A DNA stretch of 64,000 nt, taken from Torpedo marmorata. Taxonomy: Eukaryota. The stretch's first letter is position 1. Each line of letters begins with the position of its first letter. Position numbers and translations under genes: made by a program. Shown here one piece after another: positions 45,200-59,300 of this stretch. The notes under the pieces were generated by a model. That model worked only from the letters and a program-made list of their open reading frames with translations, was not told the origin of the DNA and made no database searches. The stretch lies in contig OZ360222.1 in assembly GCA_977017645.1 (NCBI GenBank), positions 90,086,001 through 90,150,000 on the forward strand, read 5' to 3'.

Positions 45200-47091
45200 G
45201 GATGCACAGTGACCAAACTTGGGAATTAAATATTTCATGATACTTAGCTTTTAATAGAAATTGGCACAAATGTAAAAAGAAAGAGGGGTAGCTGTGATAA
45301 GACATGATGACAGAGGGATAATACCTTAGCTAGGAAAACTAAGAAGTTGAATCTGTTTGGGTGGAGCTCAGAAACAGCAATGGGCAGACATCACATGGGA
45401 ATTTATTGTGTTAGTCATAGATGAGGTACTAGAAGACTGAAGAATAGGTAATATTATTCCTTTATTTAAGAAAGGCAGCAGGGATAGTCCACGTAACTAC
45501 AGGCTAGTGAGCCTTGTGTCAGTTAGCAGGGAAATTACTGGAGAAAATCCTAAGAGATAGAATTTATGTACATTGGAAAAGGCAAGGGTTGATCATGAAT
45601 AGTCAGCATTGTATTGTGTGGGGGAATATCCTGCCTCACTAATTTGATTGAGTTTTTTTGAGGAGGTAATGAAGAAGATTGCTGAGGGCAGGGCAGTAGG
45701 TCTTGTCTTTATAGACCGCATATTAAGCTAGTCCAAAAGGTTAAGGCACATGGAATCCAAGACAAGCTGACGAATTAAATCCAAAATTAGCTTGGTGATA
45801 GGCGTCAGAGGGTAATGGTGGAAGGATGCTTTTCTGATTGGAAGTCTGTGACCAGTAGTGTAGTGCAGGGATCAGTACTTGAACCTTTGTTGTTTGTGAT
45901 ATATATTAACAATGTAGATGTGAATGTTGGAGGTATAATGAGTAAACCAGTGGATGACATGAAAGTTGGTGGTGTTGTGAATGGTGAGGAAGGTTGTCGA
46001 AGTCTACTGCAGGATATAAGCCAGTTGAAAAGTTGGGCAGCGTTGGCAGATGAAAGTTAATCCTGATAAGTGGGAGGTGATGCATTTGCAGAAGTCAAAT
46101 ACAGGCAGGACAAACACTGTAAATGATTGGGAACCAAGAAATGTTGATGAAAGTAGGACTTTTGGTTCCACTCCATAGTTCCCTGAAAATGGCAAAGCAG
46201 GATGATAAGGTGGTGAAGAACGCATATCGTATGCTTCATAGTCTCGTGGACAGAAATATAAAAGTCAAGGTGTTATGTTGGAACTTTACGGAATACTGAT
46301 TAGACCATGTGTGGAGTATTGTGTGAAGTTCTGGTCACCACACGATGGAAAGGATATGATTGCAGTGGAGAAAATGCAGAGGGGATTCACCAGGATGTTG
46401 CCTGGGTTGAATGCCTTTAGTTTTGGAGAAAGATTGGACAGGCTGTGTTTGTTTTCCTTGGAATGAAGGAAGCTGAGAGTGACCTGATAGAGGTATATAA
46501 ATTACAAAAGGCATAGCTAGGGTGGATAGTTGGAATCTTTTTCCCATTAGAGGGCTATCAAAAATAAGAGGGCATAGGTATAAGATTAGAGGAAGGAGTT
46601 TTGAGAGAGATTTGTAGGGATTTTTTTAAATATCTGGGACATGCTGCCAGAATTTTTTAAATTGCATTGTTCATTGTCACAGGCAATGCGATACAGAGAA
46701 AAACTTCTGATGCGTGTGTGTTGTACAGGTAACTGAACATATTCTTTAGAACAATGGGCAGTGCAAAATAAAACAAAAGCAGAGTATAGAATTACAGGGA
46801 AAGAGCTCAGTTTAAATATTGCAAGGACATAATCATTTTACTATTGTGAGATCAATTGAATAGTCTGATAACAGAAGAAAGAAACTGTTCTTGAATCTGG
46901 TGGCATGTGTTTTCAAACTCATGAATCAAATCAGATACTATCATTATCACTGTTTTTAAGAGATGTTTAGTCATGCACTTAAATGGCAAGGCATAAACCT
47001 AATGCAGTTATGCAAGTAAATGGCATTAGTAAAGCTGGGAAAAAAGGTGGGGTTGGGCCTGGTGGGCTGAGGTGCCCATCTCTATGACTCT
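45200..47091 (+). mobile_element. Degraded CR1 LINE with internal deletions; a Rex1-like 3' fragment (minus) is inserted at ~46655-46925
   Basis: NYRLVSL-like segment, SCLTNLIEF, VQGSVLEP, IRPCVEYC. Confidence 0.75.
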
Positions 47092-47388
47092 ACAAACATA
47101 AACACAGACTGTAGGAGATACAATGGCTATGTTACAAGTTAATGTAGTTTCTTTACAACTGAGATGTGAGAAGTTGTACTGGAGAATAGGAACGGCATAG
47201 AAATTAAACACCTATTTTGTGTCTGCCTTCACAGAGAGATACTAAACACTTGGAAAGCTACAGGTCAGAATTGAATAAAGTGCGGCATGCAATTAGCATT
47301 CGTAAAAGTTAGTTAGTTTTGTAGGAATTAATGGAACTGAAAGCCAATAAATTCACAAAACCCCATAATCTGCTTTGCAAGGTGGTGG

Positions 47389-48296
47389 TGTTACAAATCC
47401 AAACCAGCAACGACAGAAGACGCAATGCAAAAGGGGTAAAATTGAAATTACTATTTATTAAAGACAATTAAACATATAATTTCACAACAATTAACCCCAC
47501 TATAAACGTCTATAAACACTATTCTTATCTAAAAGGTGTATGTGTGTGTGTGTAAAGCCCACACCATTACAGTCTGTGCCCAACCCTTATGTAAAAATGG
47601 AAAAACTTTCCCCAAAAGCCCCAGGTCAGTCATAAAAAACAAGTCAGTCAAAAAAAAGAATAATACAGTCCACAAAATCCACTCTCTAAGTTCAGGCTTC
47701 AAATTCAGCTCTGTGTCTGGTAGAAGTACTTCTGAATGAACGTTGGAGAGAGACAATGACTGTTTATGCTTACAAATACTTGTTTTCTTCTCTGATGACA
47801 TCCCCTTCTTGTGTGTTCATAAGGATTGCGAGTTCAGATCAGTATACCACTGATTTAGGCGTATGCTTGAATCTCACAGCTAGTCTCGCTGATCTCACGC
47901 CTGTTCTCCACAGAAGTTGCTTTTCCTCAGAATTTCTCTGAGACAGGAGGCCATGTGCTATCCTGCCAATCTTTTCTCTGGCTGCACAAACCTGGATTTG
48001 GCTGTGTTCTCTAGCCTCTGCAACTTACAACTGTCTGCTTTTTCTGCAGAGATCTGCACCTGCTTTTTGCAAAAGTGCAACAAATGTATCTTGTCCACAG
48101 TCTCTCTCTCTCTGTCTGGGTACACCAAAAGTGCAACAATGTATCTTTGTCCACAGCTTGTCTCTCTCTCTCTGTCTGGGTACACCAAGTCCTGGGGAAG
48201 TTAACTTTCAGTACCTGGCCCCAGTGTATACTCCAAAAGACTTCATCCTTCCTGCTGACCGTCCGCAGTCCAAATGGTCAGTCATGGTCCATAACA
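47389..48296 (-). mobile_element. Solo LTR of the Gmr1-like family
   Basis: Homologous to the LTRs above; perfect 4-bp TSD gtgg at 47385-88 and 48297-300. Confidence 0.95.
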
Positions 48297-49439
48297 GTGG
48301 TCATAGAGGACATTGGTTCTTGTGGACTTGTGTACACATGTCACCAGCCTTTACTTGGACCTCCAGCATAAGGCACCATTGGCATAATTAGGTGTTGAAA
48401 TCACAATGTCTGAATGACATCATTGCCCAATATAAATATTTAAATATTAATAAACGTGTATTTGGTTGTAAATGCCATACTTGCTGAAATTCAGTAGTTA
48501 TGATAACATTGACAATATAAATGTCAGATTTCTATTTTAAACACTGGTCTTTTCCATTCCTTCCAGTGTTCTACTTGTATTGGAAATGTGTACTTTTAAT
48601 AATACAGCTACTTGGTTCAAATCTAAAGTGCCTCTATTTTAAATGTGATACAAAAAAAAATATTATTTCTGTAGAATGTCAACATTCACTACTCATCTAT
48701 AATGCGAAATTCAAAGGCAAGATCTACTGTAGAAATCAATTGCAAACTTGTGTAACATAGTCCCAGAGTTGATTTGATCTCATTTTGCTGCACTTGGCAA
48801 ACCAAAGTTCAGGGAAAAACACTTCAGCTGAAAGAAAAGTACTTTCACATTGTAGACCATTAATCTGACATTTGTGCAAATGTTATTTAAGACCTTCTCA
48901 AATGTTTGCGAAATCTAATACCTTGCAAGGTAGTTTTATGATTTTTATGAGGATAATAAAATCTATGATGTTATAAAATTCATTACAGGACAATTTAGCA
49001 AGCGGCTGTAGGCTTGTCAGATTGATTATGATTTTTTAAAAATGTTATTGGATATTTGCTCTCTGAATGGAATAAGCCAACAAAGGAATTTAAGGTGGGC
49101 AGCTCTCTTATAGTTTCTCAGAGAGCTATAAAGGTGGCACATTGAGGACATTTGGTTAGATCTTTAACCTGCAGACCTTACCCAGAGGTGCTGAGGTTCA
49201 GCTGGTTACTTCCTAACAGGGTTCAGAGGAGCATACCATTAGGCCACAGGGAGGAGAGGACCTGTAGAGCACTGAAATAAAGTCATGTCATATCCATTCC
49301 TTTCTTCCTGCCTTCTTTCCTCGTTTGTAATGCAACCACCATCCCCATGGGGTAAAGAACATTACTGGCCATTCATCCAGTATGAATAGACATGAACAGG
49401 CTTTTTCACCATTCGAATATTGCTACATTCACAGGCACA

Positions 49440-49600
49440 TCCTGTAGGTCATCAGCAACAGCCTTAATTTCAATTTAGTGTCTCCCAGTGGAACCATCTG
49501 CCCTAGCGTCAGCACAAACTTAACAGTTAGCTTCTTTCAGGTCACAAAATTAAACTGGAGCTTTATCTGACATGATTAATGCTTCCTGGAAAACTTGTAT
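49440..49600 (-). pseudogene. Possible Harbinger transposase relic
   Basis: Minus strand gives SFPGSINH and then LGDTKLKLRLLLMT, spaced like FPGSxHD and LGDxGYPLxxWLMT. Confidence 0.35.
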
Positions 49601-50006
49601 ATAAAGAAAAGCACCCTTAATGAAACAAGTAGGGCTGAGGATTATAAAGAGGTCATACTTAACGCATCAAATGCTCAGATGAGTGGGGTATGCAGTTCAA
49701 ATGGGACAGATTTATTTAAAAGTGTAAGAAAATACTCTGCTGACACTATTTAAACTTCAATTAGGCAGGAGAGAAGAAGTGTGGATGACTAGAGGTAATT
49801 ATCCTGGTTTTCTCTGACAGTCCCTTCCTGTATTCGCAGTCATTGCAGGTGATTTTGAAACAAGATCCAGCAACAGCTGCAATGTTGGCAGTTAGCTTTG
49901 AGACTGACGTATTTAACCCTTCAACCACTGACAGCCAGTTCCAGTTTGTTTATAGCCTCTGTGGACAATTTGGCACCTCAGCTAACACCACAATTCAATT
50001 CATCTT

Positions 50007-50443
50007 TTTTTAAAAATATTTTATTTTAAATTTTTAAATCACACAATACGCTGTATAAAATGCAAAATTATCAAAATACATGTGATACATTTTCTCCCCC
50101 CACCCTCCCTCCCTCCCTAACCCTCTCACCCCTACTAATCTAGTAAAATAAAAAAGAAAGAAAAAAAAAAGATAGAATAAGGTGAGTGTCAATCTAAAAA
50201 AAGAACAACTATAAACTAATTTTATTGTGGAGAATAGGTTCACCAGTCAGATCTGATATCCAGAGATCTTCAAATCCTTAAACCAACCGTTTTTATATAT
50301 GGGCTCCATATTTTCAAAGAGAAATGATATTTATTACGTAAATTATAAGTAATTTTTTCAAGTGGTATAGCTGAATGAAGTTCTGCATGCCATCTATCTA
50401 ACCCTAAATCTACATCAGATTTCCATGTAATAGCAATACATTT
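50007..50443 (-). mobile_element. 5'-truncated L1 with a 16-bp TSD
   Basis: TSD caattcaattcatctt at 49991-50006 and 50444-50459. Confidence 0.92.
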
Positions 50444-50805
50444 CAATTCAATTCATCTTGTAGAATTATTACTGATGTTTCAAAATTTGAAATCTGGTTT
50501 CGGAATTCATTTTTTAAAAATTTGCAGAGGTCACTCCCATAAACAATTTTGAAAAAATAATACTAAATGTAATATCATGATTTTAAGCGTGTTTTATAAT
50601 TTCAGTCATACTTAATTTTATGGTGTGGGCACTTAGCATATACTTGGCCCATGCAAGTTACTGGTTATAAAGAGGGTTCTCTTGGTGTGTACTCCTGTTG
50701 TATGTAGACTTGGATTCAACTCTGTCAGCTAATTAGGAGACAGTGAGGCCAATACGAGTGGTTTAAACATCCTGAGATAAGAAACAGGGAAGCAGAGTTC
50801 TTATT

Positions 50806-53264
50806 ATTTTTTTTTTAATATTTTATTTAAATTTTTAAATCACACAATACATAATTCAAAATATATAGTTTCCAAAATACAGTGATATAAATTTCCTCCC
50901 CCCAAACCCTCCCACCCTTCCCTAACCCCCCCACCCCCACTAATCTAAAAATAGTAAAAGAAAAAGAAAGAAAAAAAAAAGTAGATTAATAGTGAGGAGA
51001 GAAGCATCCAAAAACTTATTTTATCCTGGAGGTTAAACTCGCCAATAGACCTGATTTCTAGAGATTTCAGATCCTTAAACCCATAACTCTCATATATGGG
51101 CTCCAAATTTTTAAAAAAGAATGATATTTATTGCGTAAATTATAAGTAATTTTTTCCAAAGGAATACACGAACGAAGTTCTGCATGCCATCTATCTAAAT
51201 TTAAATCTAAATCTGATTTCCAAGTAATAGCAATACATTTTTTTGAAACAGCTAAAGCAATACGCAAAAATTCTACCTGATATATATTCAATCTATTCCT
51301 AATACTAAATTTTCTAATATCTCCAAATAGAAATAACATAGGGTCCATTGGAAACATAACATTAAAAACTCTATCTAAAAAATTCTTAACTTTAAGCCAA
51401 AAATCTTGAATCTTTGGACATGACCATGTAGAATGAACAAAAGAACCTACTTCATTCTTACATCTAAAACACAAATCCGACAATGTCGGATTGAATTTCT
51501 TTAATTTTTTTGGTGTTAAGTATAATTGATGAAAAAAATTATATTGTACTAATCTATATCTAACATTAATAACTTTAGTCATACTTAACTTACATAAATC
51601 TTCCCAATGTTTTTGAGCTATATTAATATTTAAATCTAATTCCCATTTTAATCTTGATTTATGTAATCCTACTTTAGGCATTTTTCTCTGAAATAATTTA
51701 TACATTTGAGAAATAAACTTATTAACATTTGCTTTAGTAATTAATAATTCTAACTCATTATGCCTTGGAGCAATCAAATTTTCTCCTAATTTCTCAACCT
51801 GAAAAGCTTTAACTTGATAATAAGATAACCATGTATTATCTAATACATTAAATTTTTCTTTCAATCTTTGAAACGTAACAAATCTTCCAGCCTCAAAACA
51901 ATCTTTAAAATTCTGAATTCCTTTTTGAAACCATACTTTCAATAACTGATTATTCATAGTAAATAATAAAAGTGGATTTTGATATAATGGCATATTTAAA
52001 GAAATTGTTCCTTTCCCGCCTATTTCTTTATCTACCTGTGTCCATACTTCCAATAAATGTTTAATAATCTGTGAATTTTTCTTTTTTACTAATAATAATT
52101 TAGAATTCCACTTGTAGATAATATCCTCTTTATAATTTTCTCCTATATTATTTAATTCTATATTAACCCAAGCAGAAGTTTTAGCTAAATCAAAAAATTC
52201 ATTAACAAATTTTAATTGAGCTGCTTTATAATAATATTGAAAGTTAGGAAGCTGCAATCCTCCCATCTCATAATTCCATGTTAACTTATCCATACTCACT
52301 CTTGCTAACTTCTCTTTCCATAAAAATTTCCTAATTATAAACTTTAAATCTTTTAAAAAATGTTTTGGAATTCCAAAAGGAATTGATTGAAAAAGATATT
52401 GAATTCTTGGAAAAATATTCATCTTAATACAATTTACTCTCCCCATTAAAGTTATAGGCAAATCTTTCCAATTTTCCAAATCTTTCTTTATTTTCATAAA
52501 TAAAGGTACATAATTTAATTTATATAAATTTTCTAGTTTTGTATCCACTTTAACTCCCAAATATTTAATTCCTTCTTTTGCCCACTTAAATTCCGTAACT
52601 TCTCTACACCTTGAGATAAAGCCATTATTTCACTTTTATCCGAATTAATTTTATACCCAGATATTTCACCATATTCTGTTAATATAATAGCTAGTTGTTG
52701 AAGTGATGTAACTGATTTCGTCATATATATTAATACATCATCTGCAAACAAACTAATCTTATGCTCTTCCATACCGACTTTAATCCCTACTATATTAGGA
52801 TGTGTCCTAATCAATTCAGCTAAAGGTTCTATTGCCAAAACAAATAAAGCTGGTGATAAAGGACAACCCTGTCTTGTAGAACGCGTTAAAGAAAATTTTG
52901 GCGATATTTGTCCATTTGTAATTACTTTAGCTGTAGGTTCCTTATATATAGTTTTAATCCAATTTATAAAAATATTCCCAAAACCAAATTTCTCTAACAC
53001 CTTAAATAAAAAATTCCATTCTAATCTATCAAAAGCCTTTTCTGCATCCAACGTTACCACCAATGGTAAATCTTGTTTCTTTTTGTGTAGATTAATTAAA
53101 CTTAATAATCTAGCTATATTATCTTTTGAATATCTATTTTTAATAAAACCAGCTTGATCTGGATGTGTCAAATTTGGTAAATATTTAGCTATTCTATTAG
53201 CCAAAATTTTTGCCATAATCTTATAATCTATATTTAATAAAGAAATAGGTCTATATGACTCAGT
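50806..53264 (-). mobile_element. 5'-truncated L1 (RT to 3' end)
   Basis: ORFs 52533-53216 and 51067-52560; TSD agttcttatt at 50796-50805 and 53265-53274. Confidence 0.93.
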
Positions 53265-53639
53265 AGTTCTTATTTTTGATCCCTGTTGGAAAGCAGAGAC
53301 ATGTCAATGCCAGCAGAGGTAAAATTGAGCACAGTTAGGATACTTTCACAGACAAAGTCTGCTAACAATCCTCTGAAATGATTCTGAAGCTTTGGTAGCC
53401 AAGGTGAGCTGAGCCTCTGCTCACAGGTTCCAAACACTCCCAAATCAATTGCAATATGTGGAATCAGCTAACTTGTCCAAAATCCAAATTAATCAGAGGT
53501 GGAAAAAGGAAAGAATAACCGGGGAGTTCAATTGACACACTCAAGGAGAAAGAACTGGGTGAGTAGAAGGGAACAGCTCCCCTTGCATCAGGAGATCACA
53601 TTGTCACTGACTCCTGCAGGGAAGTGACCATTCCAAGTT

Positions 53640-53860
53640 CATTGGAGAAGGAATTTCTTCAGGCGGAGGCTGTGAATTTGTAGAATTCGTTACCAGGTAT
53701 GGCTGTGGAGGTCAAGTCATTGGGTATATTTAAAGCGTTCTTGATTAGTAAAGGTGTCAAAAGTTATGGGGAGAAGGCAAGAGAATGGGTTGAAAGGAAA
53801 ATACATCAGCCATGATTTGAATGGCAGAGCAGACCGGATGGGCCGAATGGCCCAACTCTG
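53640..53860 (+). mobile_element. CR1 3' end
   Basis: aggaatttcttc..gtgaatttgt, gggccgaatggcc terminal stem. Confidence 0.75.
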
Positions 53861-54344
53861 AGAAGGAGAAACTAGCTCATTCAAGTTATGACGGAGGTCC
53901 ATGATATATAAATCTGACTCTAATTTCTGCCTTGGCTGGCACTGCCTAATAAAACTATGGGGAATATTGGAGCTTTAGTGTTTAGGTATACTCATGAAAA
54001 TAGGCACCTAGGTGAAGTAGAGGTTTTCTGGATTTATATCATTAACTGTGTAGATTTACACTATTGAACCAATGGAATGTTATCAAAGGACCTGTCAATT
54101 TATACCATGGATTGCAAAGATGAGTTTTACTCATGTGGTCTTGGTGTAACCCAGAAGATTCAGCAAGGTCTTCCTTTTTGGGTCTTTCTGCAAGTCAATG
54201 CAAGCTATCTTATATATTTTAGTTACTGTCGATGGGATAAAACTTGTGCTCCAAGGCAACAAGACTTCAAATTGATAACAATTAAACAGGAAAAAAGTGA
54301 TCAAATCGTGGCTTGAATTTTGATGCTTGCTTGCATAATATTGT

Positions 54345-54548
54345 GAAAAGAGAAGCAACATAATCATTTCAGGTTGAAGATTCTGTGAGAATTGGGAAAG
54401 AGAGAAAAAAACCTATTATTTTCTCTATTCCCCGGCTCTGGCAAAGGAGTTTTAACCTGAACCATTAACTCTTTCTCTTTCTACAGATCTGCCTGTTCCC
54501 AGCATTTCTTTTTTTTAATTTGTGTTTCCAGCATCTACTGTTTTGTTT
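54345..54548. mobile_element. Degraded inverted pair of Penelope-derived short fragments
   Basis: tttcaggttgaa / ttaacctgaac arms; tttccagcatct end motif shared with 8400-8430. Confidence 0.45.
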
Positions 54549-54935
54549 TGCAAGCAGCTCCAATATTATGTTCCGCAAAGAATGAAGAACTAATGCTGCA
54601 TATTCAAGACAATGTGATGTACACCTTGACTGCATTGGTATTCCACATTCTACTAATATCTTCCTAGTTTGCAGGTTTGGGATATGCTGCCAAAGAAGCT
54701 GTAGTTTTTCACTCTGGGGTATCTTCTGAAAGGTACAAATAGATGGGTTGTGGATCATGCAATCTAATTGATCTTGGTTGACATCTCGGTTCTTGAGTGT
54801 TCATACAGCAACACTCTCAACACAAGAACAAACACGTAGAGAGAGCACTGGTACCTTGTTTCGTGCTCAGGATACTTTCCCAGGAATGGAAGTATGAGTG
54901 GAATCAGTGCTAAAATACGTCAGTAAAACATTTTA

Positions 54936-55157
54936 CAGTAAAATCCCCATTATCCGAAATTCAAATAACCTTCAGCCTCAAGCAACTGGCAAAAAAATTG
55001 CAGAAAATAAATAGGTAAAAAATGCAAAAGTTTAAAATTGGTGGCCCTTGGAAGTTAGTTTGCCAATCCACGCAACACATAACCTCAGGCAACCGGAAAA
55101 TTCACCTATCCGGCATCTACCAAACCCCATAGGTGCCGGAGACCAGGGGTTTTACTG
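54936..55157. mobile_element. pogo/Tigger-like MITE
   Basis: TIR cagtaaaa(t/c)ccc, TA TSD. Confidence 0.8.
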
Positions 55158-56331
55158 TATGTGAAGAAATTACTGACAGTGCTGCTGTGCCAGCAAACTG
55201 GTGCAACACCCCTCCCTCCTGCCATGCCACACCCTCACTTCTGCTGTTCTTGCAACAAATGAAATGGTTAAAGTAATCTCATTCCTCATGGCGTGGATCG
55301 AATCACCAAGGAAATGTACAATGGCTGTTATTGGATGGGCTGATCTGAGTGGTGTGGATGTTCATGCTGAGACTGGGGGCTCAATGTTACACCTTGGCCG
55401 GCACCGCACGTAGGGCCATTGTTGGGGATCAGCAGCCCATGCTTCCCATGTGTTGATAGACTGGATCCTACAGTCTCTCTCAGCTCCTCCTCTTGGATGT
55501 GATGGACATTGCTATCTCCTCTCCTTTTGTCTGGCTGCACAGACCTTGTCAAATTTCTATGTAGTGACGAGTTCAATGGACTGCATTGAGCTTGTTAACA
55601 TATAGTGACATCTAACACTCAATGCAAGCCCATAGAATTGTCAGTTGTAATGCTGTACTGATTTCTGCTATTTTAGAGCTCACTGCTCTGATCAGCTTTC
55701 TCCCTTAATCTTATGCAGCTGAACACAAGATCAACAACAGGAAGGACCCTCACCCCCATCATCCCTGGCCCTCTCTGTACCGTCATTATTTAAAGTTTAC
55801 TTCCAGGTTAGTTGCTGATTGATTTCCACAGGCTGTTGCTGTAATTGTACAAACCATTGGTGCTTCCTGGAGTTCTATAAAGTTTGTAAAGTCTACAGGG
55901 AGTCATGTGACAGGTGTTGAAGGATTTTGTCCTGACTTCAAGGGTTCTGCACAAACCAATTGTTTCCAGACATTGGCTGCATTAATAGGTGTTCCCTCTG
56001 GAGTTCTGCATGACTGGAGTGTGAGCGCAGGGCACACACAGATCAGGACAAGCTACCAGGAGAGGGGAGAGGAAGCGGGGAGAAGGACATATATCCATCC
56101 AAAGAGCAATCCTGCTACCTGGACCTAGCAAAAGCGATGGGTCAGGTTTCAGTGAGGATGTTCTCATGAGATCAGCCAGCTGTTCACCATAACCAGAATT
56201 GCTTCTTCAGCTTTTCTTTCTTCTGCTGTTAGGGGCACTGGACAATGCTTATGGGACTCTTTGTCTTATGGCAGATATAAGTTGAAGTATATCATGTATA
56301 TTACATTTATCATGACAATAAAAGGAACCTT

Positions 56332-59300
56332 TTTTAAAAAATATTTTATTTACAATTTTTAAATCACAAAATACATAAAATAGAATATAAAATTATCAAA
56401 TTATTTGTGATACATTTTCACCCCCCCTCCCTCCCTTCCCTCCCCAACCCTCCCAACCCCACTAATCTAATAAAAAATAAAAATATAAAATAAAAATAGA
56501 AAAAGAAGAAGTAAAAGAAAGAAAAAGATAGAGTAAGGGGAATGCCAATCTATAAACTAATTCTATTATGGAGGTCAAGTATGCCAGTAGATCCGATACC
56601 CAGAGATCTTCAAATCCTTAAACCAACAGCTTTCATATATAGGCTCCAAATTTTTAAGAAGAAATGATATTTATTACGTAAATTATAAGTAATTTTTTCA
56701 AGTGGTATACACGAACGAAGTTCTGCATGCCATCTTTCTAATCCTAAATCTAAATCAGATTTTCAAGTAGTAGCAATGCATTTCTTTGAAACAGCTAAAG
56801 CAATTCGTAAAAATTCTATTTGATACATATTTAATTTCATCTTAATACTAAATTTTCTAATATCTCCAAACAAAAATATCATAGGATCCATTGGAAATGT
56901 AATCTTAAATACTTTATCTAAGAAATGTTTAACTTTCAACCAAAAATCATAAACTTTTGGACAAAACCATGTAGAATGTACAAAAGACCCTTCCTCTTTA
57001 TTACATCTAAAACATAAACCTGATAGTGTCGGATTAAATTTCTTTAATTTTTTAGGTGTTAAATATAATTGATGAAAAAAATTGTATTGTACTAATCTAT
57101 ATCTAACATTAATAATCTTCGTCGTACTTAATTTACATAATTATTTCCAACGATTTTCATCTATTCTTATATTCAAATCTATTTCCCATTTTAATCTTGA
57201 TTTATGCAATCCTACTTTAGGCATTTTCCTCTGAAACAATTTATACATTTGAGAAATAAATTTATTAACATCTCCATTAGTAACTAATAATTCTAATTCA
57301 TTTTGTCTTGGTAAAATCAAAGCATAACCTAATTTCTCAATCAGAAAAGCTCTAATTTGATAATAAGCAAAAAGTGTATTATCTAATATATTAAATTTAT
57401 CTTTCATTCTTTGAAAAGTAATAAATTTCCCAGCTTCAAAACAATCATTACTCTTCTTAATTCCTTTTTGAAACCAAATTTTAAATAATTGATTATTAAT
57501 AGTAAATGGAATAAGTCCATTTTGATATAAAGGCATCCTTGAAGAAATCAATCCTTTTCCTCCTATTTCCTTATCCGTCTTATTCCATATTTCTAACAAA
57601 TGTTTAAAAATAGGCAAATTTTTCTTTCTTGTTGATATTAATTTAGAATCCCATTTATAAATAATTTCTTCTTTGGAATCTTCTCCTATATTATTTAATT
57701 CTATTTTAATCCAATCAGAAGATATAGTTGAATCAAAAAATTCATTAATAAATTTTAGTTGAGCTGCTTTATAATAATTTTGGAAATTAGGATGTTGTAA
57801 ACCACCCATTTCATAATTCCAAGTTAATTTTTCCATACCTACTCTTGCTAACTTTCCTTTCCATAAATTTTTTCTAATAATTGAATTTAAATCTTTAAAA
57901 AATTTTTGAGGAATTCCATAAGGAATTGATTGAAAAAGATATTGAATTCTTGGAAAAATATTCATTTTAATACAATTTACTCTTCCCATTAAAGTTATAG
58001 GTAAATCTTTCCCATTTTCTAAATCTTTCTTTATTTTCACAAATAATGGTAGATAATTTAATTTGTATAAATTAGCCAATTTTGTATCAACCCTTACTCC
58101 CAAATATTTAATTCCTTCCTTTGCCCATTTAAATTGTGTAATTTCTTTACATCTACTATAATCCCCTTGTGATAATGCCATAATTTCACTTTAATCAGAA
58201 TTAATTTAAATCCAGATATTTCCCCATATTCTCTCAATAACACAGACAATTGTACTAAGGATGTAATAGATTTTGTCATATATATCAATACATCATCTGC
58301 AAACAAACTAATTTTATGTTCTTCCATTCCAACTTTAATACCAACTATTTTAGGATCTTTTCTAACTAATTCTGCCAAAGGTTCTATCGCCAAAATAAAT
58401 AATGCTGGTGACAAAGGACATCCTTGTCTAGTAGATCGAGTCAAAGGAAATTTTGAAGAAATTTGTCCATTTGTAATTACTTTAGCCGATGGTTCTTTAT
58501 ATATAGTTTTAATCCAATTAATAAATGTATTTCCAAAACCAAATTTCTCCAATACCTTATATAAAAAATTCCACTCTAATCTATCAAAAGCCTTTTCAGC
58601 GTCTAAAGTTAAAACTAATGGTAAATCTTCCTTTTTTTAATGTAAATTAATTAAGCTAATCAATCTAGCTATATTATCTTTTGAATATCTATTTTTAATA
58701 AAACCAGCTTGATCTACATGGATTAAATCTGGTAAATAATTAGCCATTCTATTTGCTAAAATTTTTGCCATTATCTTATAATCTACATTTAACAATGAAA
58801 TAGGTCTATAAGATTCAGTTTTCAATACATCTCTATCTTTTTTTTGAAATAACTGTAATTATTGCATTTAAAAAAGTATCCGGTAATGAATGAGTTTCTG
58901 TAATTTGATTCAATACTTCCATATATGGAGGTATTAATAAATCTTTAAATTCTTTGTAAAATTCTGATGGAAATCCATCTTCACCTGGAGATTTACCACT
59001 CTTTAGCGAAGTAAGAACTTCATTAACTTCCCTCATTGAGAAAGGTAAATCTAAAGATTCTCTACTTTGAGTATTCAATTTAGGTAATATAATTTTAGAT
59101 ATAAATCTAGTAATTTTAGAATCATCTTGATCAATCTGAGATTTATATAAATTCAAATAATAATCTTTAAAAGAATCATTTATTTCTCGAGGTTTATAAG
59201 TTATTTCTCTAGAGTTCTTTTTCCTTATAGCATTTATAGTTCTAGAAATTTGATCTTTTTTTAATTGCCATGCCAAAACTTTGAGCTCTTTCCCCAAATT

